Shown: in pieces, positions 1 to 13,130 of the stretch
Layout: every line of letters starts with the position of its first letter
How positions within the stretch are numbered: the first letter of the stretch is position 1
The notes under the pieces: generated by a model
Told to the model about the DNA's origin: nothing
The model's input: the letters and a program-made list of their open reading frames with translations, nothing else
Database searches by the model: none
DNA from: Spongospora subterranea f. sp. subterranea
Lineage: Eukaryota
Reading direction: 5' to 3'
Assembly (NCBI GenBank): GCA_049724395.1
Contig: JAUGWO010000070.1
Coordinates: 62,001-126,000 of the forward strand
DNA: 64,000 nt
Program-made: the position numbers and the translations under genes

Positions 1-1199
1 GAACAACCTGCGCTTTTCCAACAACTTCCTCGCTAACCCGACCTTCCATCGCTTTTAAATCCTTTCGTAATAATCGAATTTCATCACGATTTTTGTTGCG
101 TTCTATGCGACTGCAGGTCGACCAACGCTCATTAATCGATCGGATTTCACTACGGACGTCTTGAGCAAGACGAAAGGCCTCAGAACGGGAGACAATTTCG
201 TCAAGAGAATGGGTCATGACCGATTGCAGCATCCTGGCTGGATGACCAAGACGAACGAGACGGACAGGGGAAGACGACAACCGTTCAACAATACCATCAA
301 CTGCAATATTCGAAGGAGCACAAGCAAGCACCTTTAGTCCCGATTTCACCGCTTCTGTAATCAGCCGACAGACAGCAGTTGTCTTCCCGCAACCAGGAGG
401 ACCATGAATTAGAAACACGTCATTAGTGGCCAACGCACCAAGTACAGCTTGAGATTGAGAAGTGTTCAAAGTGTCGAACGACGCCTTGGAAGTGTGGGCA
501 GACGAAGGCGGGCTGGGCGCCTGAGAAGCTAACAGGACAGAGGCAAGAAGATTACATGGAGCTGAGGCAGGTAATGATGCCAACTGATCAAGAGCATGAG
601 CGCACCGACGGAACGAGATGTCATTGCCGACTCTGAACAAACACGGGGTTGACAAAACGTCGATGAAGAAACAGTGCAAAGGATGAAATACTTGACGAGA
701 GTTAGGAATGGAGACGACGCTGATTGCGATGGATCATAATCTGAACATGATATTATGATGACCTATTGAACGTTAACAGTTAATTGATCTGAACCGTTTA
801 AGAATATCATGATATAATCATACTTTACTGGTAAGTCGTACAACAGTTCCCATCTCGACTATAATGGTATTCGAGCCCGTCCTTATCTGAACGATATCGC
901 CTGACGATAGTTTGACGCCGAGTAGTCTATCGCTATCAACTGTTGGCGCCATAACTAGCTCTATTCGCCCTCCAATAGCGGTCCTATACTCAACGATGTG
1001 TAATCGCCTGATAGCCTGCCATCATCCCATCATCATTGATAACGACCAGGGATAGTCCAGGCAGATAGTATACCAGGCCAGCCGCCTCAAGCGACCTTAT
1101 CGGCAGACCATCACCATAGGACAGCAGGTCATCAGCCTCCGCCTGGCGTTCGGCAGATACCAGCTGTTGAAGAGAGCTGATCAAGTTCGGCTCCGGCAT
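1..1199 (-). CDS. IGHMBP2: UPF1-like SF1 helicase, IGHMBP2/Hcs1 (SMUBP-2) type; 5' part, runs off the window start
   Basis: The minus strand of ~1-480 translates to LNTSQSQAVLGALATNDVFLIHGPPGCGKTT...KVLACAPSNIAVDGIVERL...VRLGHPARM (Q motif, Walker A, motif Ia). The N-terminal ORF 990-1199 (LQQLVSAERQAE...LEAAGL) resembles the IGHMBP2 N-terminus. Intron boundaries were not resolved. Confidence 0.85.
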
Positions 1200-1899
1200 T
1201 GGATACGACGATATCTAGGGCGATAAGGTCCACCGTCCCAATTCGGGCCGAATCGCGGTAAACGGGCACGGGCCGGCGCGCCCTTTAATTGACAATGACG
1301 ATGTGCGAGAAGACTGCAAATGAACCTAATGATAATAGGGAGTGATTATTATCCGTGTCCCACCACATTAATGGACGCGCTGATTGGCCCATTACCGTTA
1401 TATATGGTGTACTGCCGCTGACATTGGATAATAGGATCCCAAAGAGAGCAAGAAATCAGATTTGCAACACGGAAGATGCAGACTTCATCTTCTTTTGATG
1501 TCGGGAGAAACGTACTGACGAAATTCAAAAAGCTCCAGAGGTTGAACAGTTTATTTACATCGCAGATACAGTCGTCATAAGACGTGTTCAAACAAATCCT
1601 TTTACCGAAACCTCTGAAGCATTCTTCTAGTGGACCCTTGACCACAGTTGCCTGATTGACCCTTCCCCTTCATGACACAGAACACCATTTGGTGTTAGTC
1701 CGATAGTCCGCGATTGATCATGAACCCCGTAACGGTAATAACAATTGTCTGAGAGGGTTATTCTGTCTGTGTCATCTCGCGTGGTCAAAACACCCATCTC
1801 CTGTTACCACTTGACCGCTAACTGTGATACCGGTTTCGGTCACCTTTTCTCCCTCGTGTCGGGCTGATTTTGTCCAGCCCTGTTCCCAGAAATGACAAT

Positions 1900-2615
1900 C
1901 AAATCGTCCCGGGGTTCGCCCAGAACGGCGATGCGGGCGGGAATACAGCTCATTACGCCCCATATCCACTGAGCAATCCATGTTGGACCAGTACGATGGC
2001 AGTGCCAAAATAGAGCATGGTTGCACATCCGTTATCGCCACGGTTTTCGGCCCGGTTGAGGCGCCAATCAGATCAGAGATTTATGATCAAGCGCGTATCA
2101 CTGTTTCAATTAAAAAGGTGTCCCCAATTAAACCAGGATTGATATCATCCATATCCGAATGGGAACATATCGTCAGGCAGAGCTTAGAGGCGGTTGTTCT
2201 TCGTTCGCTTCATCCCCGTACCCAGATCGAAGTCAATCTCATCGTTGTCGGTGACGATGGTTCACTGGTATCGGCGTGTGTTCATGCCGCTTGTCTGGCG
2301 CTGATTGATGCCGGTGTTCCGTTAACGTCGATGTTATCCAGCGTCACATTGGCCATCTCTGAGACAGGGGCGGTATTAATTGACCCAACACTCGAAGAGG
2401 AAGTGGCGGCCGCTGCCCGACTTACATTCGTGTGCTCAAGTGATTGTTCTCAAGCCGATAGCATCATCGCTTCTATTACTGATGGGACGATTTTGGAGTC
2501 CACCTATTTCGAGTGCATCAAGCTAGCAAGAATAGCTGCTACACAAGTTCAAGGGTTTCTGGAACTAGCATTGCAGAATAAGGCGCGGATGGAAGTCCAA
2601 GGAAGGAATGTGTAA
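1900..2615 (+). CDS. RRP46: Exosome complex component RRP46 (RNase PH family)
   Basis: ORF 1980-2615 has DGSAKIEHGCTSVIATVFGP, LRSLHPRTQIEV, DDGSL and ALIDAGVP. The in-frame upstream sequence reads RRCGREYSSLRPISTEQS. The exact start is uncertain. Confidence 0.88.
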
Positions 2616-2943
2616 TACAAAAAGTCGTTATTATTGAAATGAATGGTTCCAACAAGTGGATTCAGTTCTTTGAATTGCTCAGGCTCTAGTTCAATTAACG
2701 AGAATTTTCATTCAACACTACTGTCGAATGGTTTGGCTGATAATTAAGGCAATTGACGTTGGGCCAAAGCGATGATACGCTGATCAACAGTAGCTGCGTC
2801 AGGTAAAACTCACAATCACATTTTCATAGGACTGGCATAGTTTGTGCCAAACTTAAAACATCAAGTAAAGAGTCGCAAAGAGAGGAATTAAAAGAACGGA
2901 TATATTGAATAGATGATGACGACCAACATTTCTCATATCGAAA

Positions 2944-5900
2944 TCAGATAATGTCGAACATTTTCTTCAATTTCACCACGCATTTCCAGTCGTCTTTCGT
3001 TAAGTAATCTTTGAAGCTTGCTTTGAGGATATCGATCGATTGCCTTGTAATCTTGCTTTGTAATTGATTGGTATGATCGAATTGCCTTCCGTAAGTAGCT
3101 GGAGCATGACCTGTTTACGAGAATCAAAAACCAACAAAACAGTCAACTCAGCGATCTACCGGACCTGGTTTGGGATCAATTTTGATACATACTTGCTGGC
3201 CTGCTCTGGCCTCATTGATTTCTTTATGATTTAGTTCAATTCCAGAGATTTCACCGATGATTACGTTATTGCGATCATGGCAGCATAAAGGGGTTCCTAA
3301 AGAGTCATCAGCGATGGCGACCCAACTGTAAGTAGAATCAAATACCTTTACGAATTATGCCTTCTTTGATATTGACACCTATGACAATGGGGTCCTTCAT
3401 TCTGAAAACATATTCCTTAATGATCTCGAGAACGCATGGGAATATAACCGCGCCTTCAGCTTCAGCTTGATTTTCAGTCTGGTACACATTGGTATAAAAA
3501 ATATATGAGATTGCAAACAAAATAATGACCTCGACTTCTTTCATATACGCGGTAAACTGGTCGAATAGGTGGTATATGATATCGGCAGTGAAAATTCGGA
3601 TACCACGATCTGTAGCGTGCTGACGAGCATCAGCTGACACCTAGAGATCATCAGTTATCAAGAGCAAATAATTGCGACACAATTGATTACCTTGACGTCA
3701 AATGCCAGGATAACTGCATATTCGGGTTGTCGCTCAAGCATGCAGGCACACTTAACAACATCTTTTTTATGAACGGGACCGATAGCAATTCCGGAAACAG
3801 GGATCTTCATGTCGCATAGAAACTGCAAAAAAAATCACGTCAGGTATGACACATTATTTGGATTTGGTGCTAACTTGTAGCAGCGCTTCCAATGACCCTA
3901 AGGTGGAAGCTTGAACGCAGACACCGCGCCCAGCCTTATCCACTTTCGATAAAATCGACGCAAGATCGGTCATAACTTCATCCTTAAGGTCCTCAATATC
4001 ATCACCAGCGCCGCAAACCAGTAACTGCGATCCTGCAACTGCATCTTCCAGACCTGATGCAGCAATCTGCATCTCGTTAGACAAAAATGAAATGCTGAAA
4101 CGACATAGAGCAGAACCGACTTTGATACCCGCTGCAGCCTTGACTTGGCTTAATCGTTGATATTCTCCTTTTACTCGTAACTCGGTCATCGGATACGGGG
4201 TAAGTAGCGCACGAATCGTAGTCACGATCGGGCCATAAAGTCCACAAACGACAATGGTGTCATTGACATTAAGGTAGCCGTTGCTCAAAATGACATCGAT
4301 TGTCGTGCCAATACCATCAACCACCTTAACCTGAAGCACAACTTTAAGCGAGAGCGCGTATTTTTTGATTTCATCAAGAAAAAAAATATTACTATAAAAC
4401 GAAACACACTAGAAATATATAGAGCGAAATGTAACAACCTCAAGAACAGTGCATTGTAGTTCCGAGATATACTGTAATCGCTCGTTCATCATGTGTTGCG
4501 ACAATTGCACAAGAAGCATCAACAAGTCAGGCAAGCCCTCTCCAGTTATCGCTGATGTTGGCACTAAGGAAATATTTTTTCGGAAATCAACGTTGCGATT
4601 GTAAAGGCAGCAATTGAGTCCTAGTATGAGATGAGACAAGATTTTGCGAACTGTAGATTCAAAGACGACCTTGTTCAGCGAATGCGACCACCGTCGACGT
4701 CACTCTGTCCTCAAATTCTTTCTGTGAGTGTTCTGCCTAAGGAGTCATGTGAAACGATGAAGCAAAAAACATGAACATAAAAACCTGGGATGCCAGCGTG
4801 GTTGAAAATGGCGCCCAGGGGATGGGTTTCCAATCGAAAATTCTGTCGATCTTATTCAAAGCAACAATAAATGGATTTTTTTTTTGCCTGACAGACATGA
4901 CAGTTAGACTCAAAAGAGAGCGGCATGAGGAAAACATACCGCAAAAGACGAAGAGATTCTAAAGTCTGCTGTTCCAACCCGTGCATGATGTCAACAACCA
5001 AAACCGCAATGTCACCTGTGTATAAATAAATGTCAAGCAGCGTATAGCATGTAAGAGGGTGATTTACACAAAGATGACCCACGCGACCTGAGGTTTGTGA
5101 AAGATTCGTGACCTGGTGTATCAATAATAAGCAGACCAGGAAGCCGATACTCAAGTTTTTTTTTCTGCAAGATTTTGAGTATAATGAGTTTCGAAAGGGT
5201 AGAAAACGATACCTGAAGAATGTTAAGCTCTGATGTCTTTTCAATGATTGAAGCCATGGGAAAGTACGATGCCCCGATCTGTTGCGTGATACCTCCTGCT
5301 TCGGCATCTTGCACCTGTGATCATGATGGGAATCAGTATTAAGAAATAGAAAAACATCAGAAACCCGAACCTTTGTTCGACGAATTTTATCCAAAATTTT
5401 TGTTTTCCCGGTGTCGACATGCCCCAGAATACAGCAGATTGGAGATCGCAAATTAGCACTGGATCTCTCTGCAAGAGCGGCCTCTTTACGCTTTGCACGA
5501 CGATTTCGCGAGTCTTGCTTTGATTGTTCTGATAAGCAGTATCAGCAATTACAGATTCAAAAGGAAGGAAAACAGCCAACCTTTGATTTGTTCTTCTTTA
5601 GAGATGCGGTCTTCATCACTGCTTTCAGAATCACTGCTTTCGGAATCGGGAGTTGCCTTTTTAACAGGCACCTTTTTCACAGAGTCATCCTGTTTTGACG
5701 TCTGCTCGCATGTTTTTTCAGCCTGGATACGTTCCAGCCTTTCTTTTTCCCTATAATAAACCAGCTCATAAGAATGAAACCTCACTGAAACTTGTGTGTT
5801 GCTACTGTTGCCGCATTAGCTGTTGCCGATGCCTCTTTAGTCGCGCTTGTTGACGTTGGTCACGCCTGTCTTGTTTCGCTTGTAACAAAGTACGCTCCTC

Positions 5901-7400
5901 TTCACTGTCCATATCCCATGCATCGACAACAGAACCGGATGACGCTTCGCTAACATACTGAAAAAAAAGAACTAAATCAAAGTAGGTGTACGATACAATG
6001 GGATGCTAACATCACTTTCGCTTAGAACGGCAGGAATTGATTCAGCTTCAATTTCGATTTCGGGTTCGAGTTGAGCGCTTTGCTCCACTTCATGAGCAAC
6101 GGATTCCTCAGAAATCACGGGCTCATCGACGGCTTCGTTGGTTGGCAATTCATCCGGATTGCCTTTGTTCTGTTGCAAGTCCGACAACAATTTCCCTTTC
6201 TGTTTTCCCGGTTTCCTACAAAAATGCATAAATCCGGCAATTCCATACGATATGCACATTATCGTCTACACCTTTTTGGTTTTGGTTTTGCCGTACTCGA
6301 AGTTCTTTCAGTAGGAACTAGACCCTGTGCCCTCATCTGCTCCAAAAACGCAGCAGCTTTGTCAGCCTTTGCCTTTTGTCCTAACACAAAATGTTAATAT
6401 GTTTGTATATTGGTTGTTATTCGTATCGAAATGACACACCTTTACTGAGAAGTTTACCCTGACGCCGTAACTCATCTTGTTTGCGCTTTTTTTCCTCAAT
6501 TCTTCGCTGGCGCTCCTCTTCCTTCCTCGCAGCCTGAATAGCGATGACAGTTAGAAAATGGAGTGTAAAAATACGTGTAAACTACCTCTTCCTCTTCAAG
6601 CTTCTGCCGCTCTTCAATTAGCCGGATTCGTTCATCTTCGGCGCGCTTGAATTCTTCTTCAGCTTTTTTTTCAGCTTCCAGGCGCTGACGAAGAAGAGCA
6701 ATTGCAGCACTGGGCTTAGATGTTGCGACGGCTGGCGGAGGCGCCTCCTACAAAGGCATCAAAAGTTGTCGGAAAGCCGCTTGGTGAGGATATACCTTCT
6801 TTTCCTTCTTTTTTTTAGGCTTTTTCTTTTTACTTTTATCAGCAGCATTATTTTGATCTTCTGGAGAAGCTAATTCTGCTAATAGGTCATCTAGTTCGTT
6901 GCGTGAACTGTTGGCAACGTCGATGGGTGAAGAAGTAGCAGCAACAGAATCGACGATAGTCTCATGGACTTGCATATCCACTACTGCGCTTTCCTGCACA
7001 TCGACTTAACCACATGAAACGAGCAATCGATTTGCATTCACATACGCCTTGCCCCTTCCCTGTGTTCTTCTTTGACTTTTTCTTTTTCTTATCAGAAGGC
7101 TTGGTGTCTAATTGAAGATCAGCAAGAAGTTGATCAAGCGAGGTATCAGCGGTTTTGGTAGGTTTAGATTGCTTTTTAACCTAAACGAAGAAGCGTGTGT
7201 TGATTATTGTTTTTTGAATAAATCAAACAATTTCTTAACATACAGGTGCATTGCTGACGATGGGGGTAACCGCTGGAGCATCGTCCGTTTCCTCCTCATC
7301 TTCATCCTCCTCGTCCAGCATGTTGAACAGATTCACTTTTGGCTGCCTTGCCTCGGGTTCCTGTTCGTCGGACGAACTCATTTCTCAACGAAACCCTGAT
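2944..7400 (-). CDS. EIF5B: Translation initiation factor eIF5B (multi-exon)
   Basis: [79 protein letters not shown] and [12 protein letters not shown] are spread over short-intron exons. The C-terminus is [15 protein letters not shown] (stop 2944-2946). The N-terminus is K/E-rich and the 5' end is approximate. Confidence 0.95.
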
Positions 7401-8907
7401 CAACGCAAGCCCCAGGCAATGAAGAGACCAGCGCAATATGACTCGAATAATAAAAAACCAGGCTAACCTTGACTATACCGTTATACCGATATCTTATCCG
7501 GTTCTGTTGTGAGTAATTCCTTCCCTGCAATCGCGGTACCGCTGCGCATTAAATAGCGCATCTCCGTACAGTCAGCATCAGCGCAGCCCTCCTCATACGC
7601 CTGTCCCTTTCCATCCACATTCAATGTTCTTCTCAATTGCAACGGGGTATGTTCTTGCTCATCAGCGGATACAGAATGATCACAAATTCCGATGCTTAAA
7701 CCCGGTTTTCTGCTCATAGTGCCCCTGATTATTGTGGAACAGAATCAAGATCATTGTTTGCGTTTGTTTTTGTTCAATAGTATCAGTATCTTATAATAAA
7801 AGTATCAAAAAAAATTGTAATCATTTTTCTCCAAGTTGTCATAGTGATCATCACCTCAGGCGTCCAAATAGCTGTGTTTGCAGTTGATACTGGCATGGTG
7901 ACAGTTCCCGAAGCATGTTTTTTTCTCAATAAGTGCTGAAAAGTTGGCTCAAGGTGATTTAATTATCAATTTTGTGTAAACCTACTGTCTGAATGAAGAA
8001 TAACGGATCCATTCAAAGACAAACTGCTGAAATCTCCTTTCGGGCTGGACAGTATCGCAGCGATTAGTGTTTAACTTTATTTGTGTCACAGCACTCATAC
8101 AAAGGTCGCACCTTATCGGAGGCAATAAACAAATGCCCCAAAGAAACCTTAAAGGGCAAAAACCACAATTATTTGCCCCTCAGTTTTAAAGAAACGGTTA
8201 AATCGGGAAGTTGCCCAGGAGTTTGGATGACCGTAGGCGGAGCTTCCTATTTTGACATGCGCTTTTGCAGACAGAGTGCGTAGTCAGGATTTTCCAGTCA
8301 ATTTGGTTGTTATTGAAGCGGTTGAAAATAATTTATTCTACCAGGTCAGACTGATGAAGCTTCTTTTGATAATATTAATCCGACGTATTGCGAAATTCAA
8401 TTCAGATTTTTCGACCGATTTGAGCGGGCGCCTGCATGTTTGTTTTCGTCCGTATACCGATAACACCATCGATACGTTGCCATTGTAGTTTTACGAGGGT
8501 CTACAACAGGAAAGTTTGCGAAATGGTCTCACATAATTAAGATGTACGTCATATTCTGAGACAAACAGAATGACGCATACCTTCGACGTTTGCAAACCGT
8601 AGAGAACGGGATGATCAGAGAAAAATGCGTCAACATTGGTTGACAGTTATTTGTCCATCCACAAGTATTGCGAGTCTCGCTGAATCAAACTTGAGGGGTG
8701 CTGAGAACGGCCGATATTGCAGTAGGGTCCGATCGACAAATGGCGGTCAAATAATCGCCTCAGGACCATTAACTGGTCTAGGTAGAGTCTGAGAGTGAGG
8801 CCGCCGCAAGTGGGTAACACCACAGTCCGTCCTGTCTTCTCCCCTGTTTCAGAACCACTTAGGCGGTGCGCTGAGCCGTAGGCGGGCGTGTATCACGCCT
8901 AACGGCA

Positions 8908-10730
8908 ATGGCGTCAACCGGCGATCATCATGAACAGCCGATCTACCAGTGTTGCGTTACGATAGGGGCTGATCCCTCATGTGAATGTCGGGTATATCAG
9001 CAGGCGCTTCATATAATAGGGCACAACCTATCTCCTGTCGCATTCACTCCATCGATATATATCGACGAATATGGGGTCGCTAATGGGTTCGCCATCGGCG
9101 ATAACGACAAGATCATTACATCGATGACATGTGACAACCCGAATGAGCTGCCACTACTGGTGAGAAAGTGGTTAGGTCTGGCGTGATGTGCTGATGACGG
9201 TGGTTGTCAGATAAGTGCTGTCGTTGATGCTCTCTGCCAGATCCACGAGAATCAAGCTGATATTTCATCATCGACCTCGCTGGGTTTTCGACATCAGGTA
9301 ATAAAAAATCGAGCAATTGTTGCGCTTAATGCTCAACTGTTTATCTGGCAAAGGTTCATCGTGGAACGCTTCATTCTGCCTGTCATCTACAAGACACTGC
9401 CCGACTAGAATTGCTGTTAAAGGAGACTGCTTCATATTCAATTGATCGCCAGTAATTTATCGGCTATAACCTTTACTAATCACCGGTGGCTGAATTTGCA
9501 TACCTCGTTCAGGGATGTCGATGGCCGCTCAGCACTTCATATTGCTTGCATGCAAGACTTCAAGTTTGGGATCGAAATGCTAGTTAAAGCTGGAGCGGAT
9601 CCTGCTCTTGCTGACACAAACGATATTACACCAGTTTATATATCATCTAGTCTAGGACATGCCAACTCCCTAACGTTCATGCTTTTATCTGCCGAGAGTA
9701 TTATTCCAGCTGAATTTTCGTCAAATGCGACCTCCCCTTTGTGGGCCGCTGCATGCAGCGGTTTGCCTCGTTCCGGTGCCTGCATTCAAATCTTGCTGCA
9801 GCAAGGGTTCAAGGGCGATATTACTGTTGATGGGATGAATATATTGCATCAATCTGCTTTGAAAGGGCGGGCTGATGCTATGGAAGCTCTTCTCGTAGCG
9901 GGAAATCTAGATCCAAATGTGGTTTCCCAGTCGGGGTTTACGCCATTGCATTATTCTGTCATGTCGGCCACAACCGATGATCCTTCTGTTGTGAAGCTGC
10001 TGCTTTACGCCGGGGCATTCCCTAATTATCCTTCTGATGATGAGCACAAGAACACTCCACTTCACCTCTGCAAATGGGAAGAGATTGCCATGGCGCTAGT
10101 GTCCTATGGTGCGAGAACAGATATGGTCAACTCGTCGGGTCAACCTGCGATTTCACAACTGTCCGAAGACTTTTTGGTAATCGGCTTACTTCGACAGCTA
10201 CGATCAGATGGAAGTTAAAGAGAGAGGTATCAATTCTGACCGCACCCAGCGCCGCCTATATCGATGGGACATGTTGCCGGCTATGTAAAGCAGGGTTCCT
10301 TCCATTAATCGGGAGAAAACACCATTGCCGTTTATGTGGCAATCTCGTCTGTGAGACGTGCTCTCAGAAGCGAGTTAACTATTCGAATCAAGCACATCGC
10401 GCTTGCGATGGCTGTTTCAACAAAGCTATCGAAGCTATTGTGACCTTCTCTATGGTGTCGTGTTCATCACCAATGCTGGAGAGTCCTCCCAATGAGCTGC
10501 TGGAGTCTCCTTCAGTCTCAGCCAGAAACTCTCCCAACCCGCTTGCACCTTTAATAGAGAGTGCTGTCATTGATCCGTCATCACTGTCAAGATCAGCTTT
10601 GGACTCACTTCACACCCGAGGTATAGTCTTAAACGAGGTCCAGGACAAATCTGAAATGCTTCGAAACAACGCTGAGGAGTTTTCAAGCCTTGCCGAAAAG
10701 CTTGCTCGAAAATTTGGAGGAAATAAATGA
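8908..10730 (+). CDS. Ankyrin-repeat + FYVE zinc finger protein with C-terminal R-SNARE/tomosyn-like coiled coil
   Basis: Ankyrin motifs (GRSALHIAC, GFTPLHYSV, NTPLHLC). FYVE: CRLCKAGF...RKHHCRLCGNLVCETCS...RACDGC. The tail is LHTRGIVLNEVQDKSEMLRNNAEEFSSLAEKL. A probable intron lies at ~10177-10220. Confidence 0.8.
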
Positions 10731-10933
10731 AAAGTTTAGAGAGTCAATATGAATCAAATTACTTCAAAAATGGTTTTTGAAAATTCTGCACATCATTTCT
10801 ACCTATTTTAACCGAACCTGAAACTGGTCAATTTTTCGAGTGCAAATATAACGTCCAGAGAGATCCGGCGGTCTTGGTTGCGCCCCGTAGATTGATTGAC
10901 TGGCGGGTGAGACAGTGATCGAGTTGGGGCTGC

Positions 10934-11484
10934 ATGTCGACTGTGGGGCCGACTGCATCATTCTCTGACTCCCCTCTGATCATGATACGACATAGCTATT
11001 ATGACATTATTGGGGTCGCATCGGACGCCACCGATGGGCAGATCAAGGCGGCATATCTGCAGAACCTGCTGCAGCATCACCCGGATAAATCACGGGAACC
11101 GGACGCGAATGACGGGTTTATCGCCCTGCAGAGGGCGTGGGAGACCCTCAGGGATCCCGCCGCCCGATCACGATATGATGCAACCTGTAAAGGTGATTCG
11201 GTTTATATTCCCATGATCGATTGTTTGAAATCCAGTGTTATGGTTTAGATGTTTCCCTGAAATCTCAGGGCGATACGGCTGGACCGATCTGGTCCGATAT
11301 CACGCTTGAGGATTGTTCCCCTCAATGGCGATCGTCCTCCACCGCAGATGATCCGGATCTCAGCCATTTCGTTTATCAGTGTCGATGCGGTGATCAATAC
11401 GTTATAGATTTCGAACGATTTTCTGAGCCAGATCAGATTATCGCTTGCCGCAGTTGTTCCCTATCAATCAGGGTACGATTATAA
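10934..11484 (+). CDS. DPH4: DPH4/DNAJC24 homolog (J-domain + CSL zinc finger)
   Basis: The J-domain (YYDIIGV...HHPDK...AWETLRDP..R..YD) is followed, after an intron, by YQCRCGDQY...CRSCSLSIRV. Confidence 0.88.
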
Positions 11485-11713
11485 TTATATCACTAAATAT
11501 TTATCTTTCTCAGATCATCATATGAACTGGTCATTGGTTTTTTTAGTATATGAAGCCGGTTTTTACTGTAGTCTCGTCCCAATTAACGATATTCAGTGCT
11601 CATTGACACGAGTAAATTAGAGACTGGTCGTTCAGTAATTGTAAACAACACGAAGGTCGTTGCCATTCGATAATCACTTTTGTTAAGCGATGGAGATACT
11701 GATTTTACATAAT

Positions 11714-12231
11714 TCAAGTCATAGAATTGTTTAATGGTATTTTCATAGTCTTTAGTGTTGATCGTATATGATCTGGGATCGTGATTGGTCGCTGCGTCTT
11801 TCCATCCACAAACACCTGTGTGTGCATGTTCCTGAGGCGGCCGGCTCTGCTCCATCGCGAGTGTAGACGCCCATGGCGTAGGATGTGGACGAGTTGCCGA
11901 TGGTGGCGACCGCCAATCCGACATAGAGAATGGCTGGATGGGATAATGGGTAATGGTATTGGCAGGAGGAGGAGACGGTGAAAGGCAGAAGGGGAAGATC
12001 CCTCTGCGAACTGATCGGTAATGAACACGATTCGATCAGGAAACAGCTGATGGCGCTATCGAAATAGCTGTAGTAGACGCTATTGGTCAGATGGCCAAAC
12101 ATGTCGTTATCGCTCCAACGCGAGTGAATCTGGGTCCAATATCGGTACGACGAGCGGGTGAGGGGCGTGGGTCGGCCGCTGATCCCGCTCATGAGCCGGC
12201 CCCCATATGCCCTTAACCCGGTCGCCGACAT
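11714..12231 (-). CDS. 4-hydroxybenzoyl-CoA/YbgC-like hot-dog acyl-CoA thioesterase (apparent 2-nt frameshift near the C-terminus)
   Basis: RWSDNDMFGHLTNSVYYSYFD motif and LAVATIGNSS. The expected C-terminal VFVDGKTQRPITIP lies in another frame (ORF 11714-12028). Confidence 0.85.
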
Positions 12232-12741
12232 GAATCAATAAGGTGCCTTTGGACCCGCGACAGGTCAACGGGTCTTTATCCCTATTTCTGTACTGAGAAA
12301 TGGGTGACGGGGCCCGCCCGCCCATGGCGCTACAACCCGCTCCACAATCTTTACACCCTTTGATGGACTAACGCCCCAGGTGTTGGTCCACAAAATCAGA
12401 ACAGCCACAGTGACGAAATGGAGATCCAATCTGATCTCATGAGGTCATCAGCGCTTTATTTTGCAATTTGGCGGAAACTCTGGTTGACGAGTGGGGAGAT
12501 ATCTCTGCAACTTCATTGCCGGTGGGGCGAATCCCAATACTGTCCCGAGGGTCCATATCGTAGCTCTCCTGGAACATGTCTCACCAAATGCCCCAATACA
12601 GGTGGATTCGTATTTATCAATCAAACTGGGTTAATTTGGTGATTTTTCTATCTCCGCCCATCCGGTGTAAATTGCTTGAGTCAAAGCGTCAATGTCTGTG
12701 AGATGAAGACAACGCGATCTGCTTTATGTATTGATCAAATA

Positions 12742-12800
12742 TACTACCTCCTTTCCAAAATAACTGGTCGATAATGGGTTATTTTGGAACGGAGGGAGTA
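12742..12800. mobile_element. Stowaway-like (Tc1/mariner-derived) MITE, 55 bp with TA target-site duplication
   Basis: TA-CTACCTCCTTTCCAAAATAAC-(13 nt)-GTTATTTTGGAACGGAGGGAG-TA. The right end is the reverse complement of CTCCCTCCGTTCCAAAATAAC, a Stowaway-type TIR; the left TIR has 2 mismatches. Confidence 0.8.
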
Positions 12801-13130
12801 TATGTGGACTCGTATTCACTGATCCTACGATCGCTCAGCGCGTCAAAACAAGCTCAAACAGGAGCGATAATGATGTGTTTGGCCATTGACCAACAGTCTG
12901 TTACAGGTTATTCCGATAGCGCCATCACCTGTTTCCTAGTACAGGTAGTTTACCAGTAAACCCTCGACAAATCTCAACATTGTTGGATGTGAAGTCCCAT
13001 ACCCGTCGCCATGGCGAACACACGGGAGTGATATGTTGTACCATGTCATGCTCTTCAATACGCTGATAAAAACGGAGGACCTATAAAACGCAATAGAATC
13101 GCTGTTGTGATGCGATAATTGGAGAGTGAT

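Noticed and set aside
7800..8750. Possible small spliced gene on the minus strand
   Set aside because: Splice-like signals are present, but I could not assemble a convincing frame or recognise a family.
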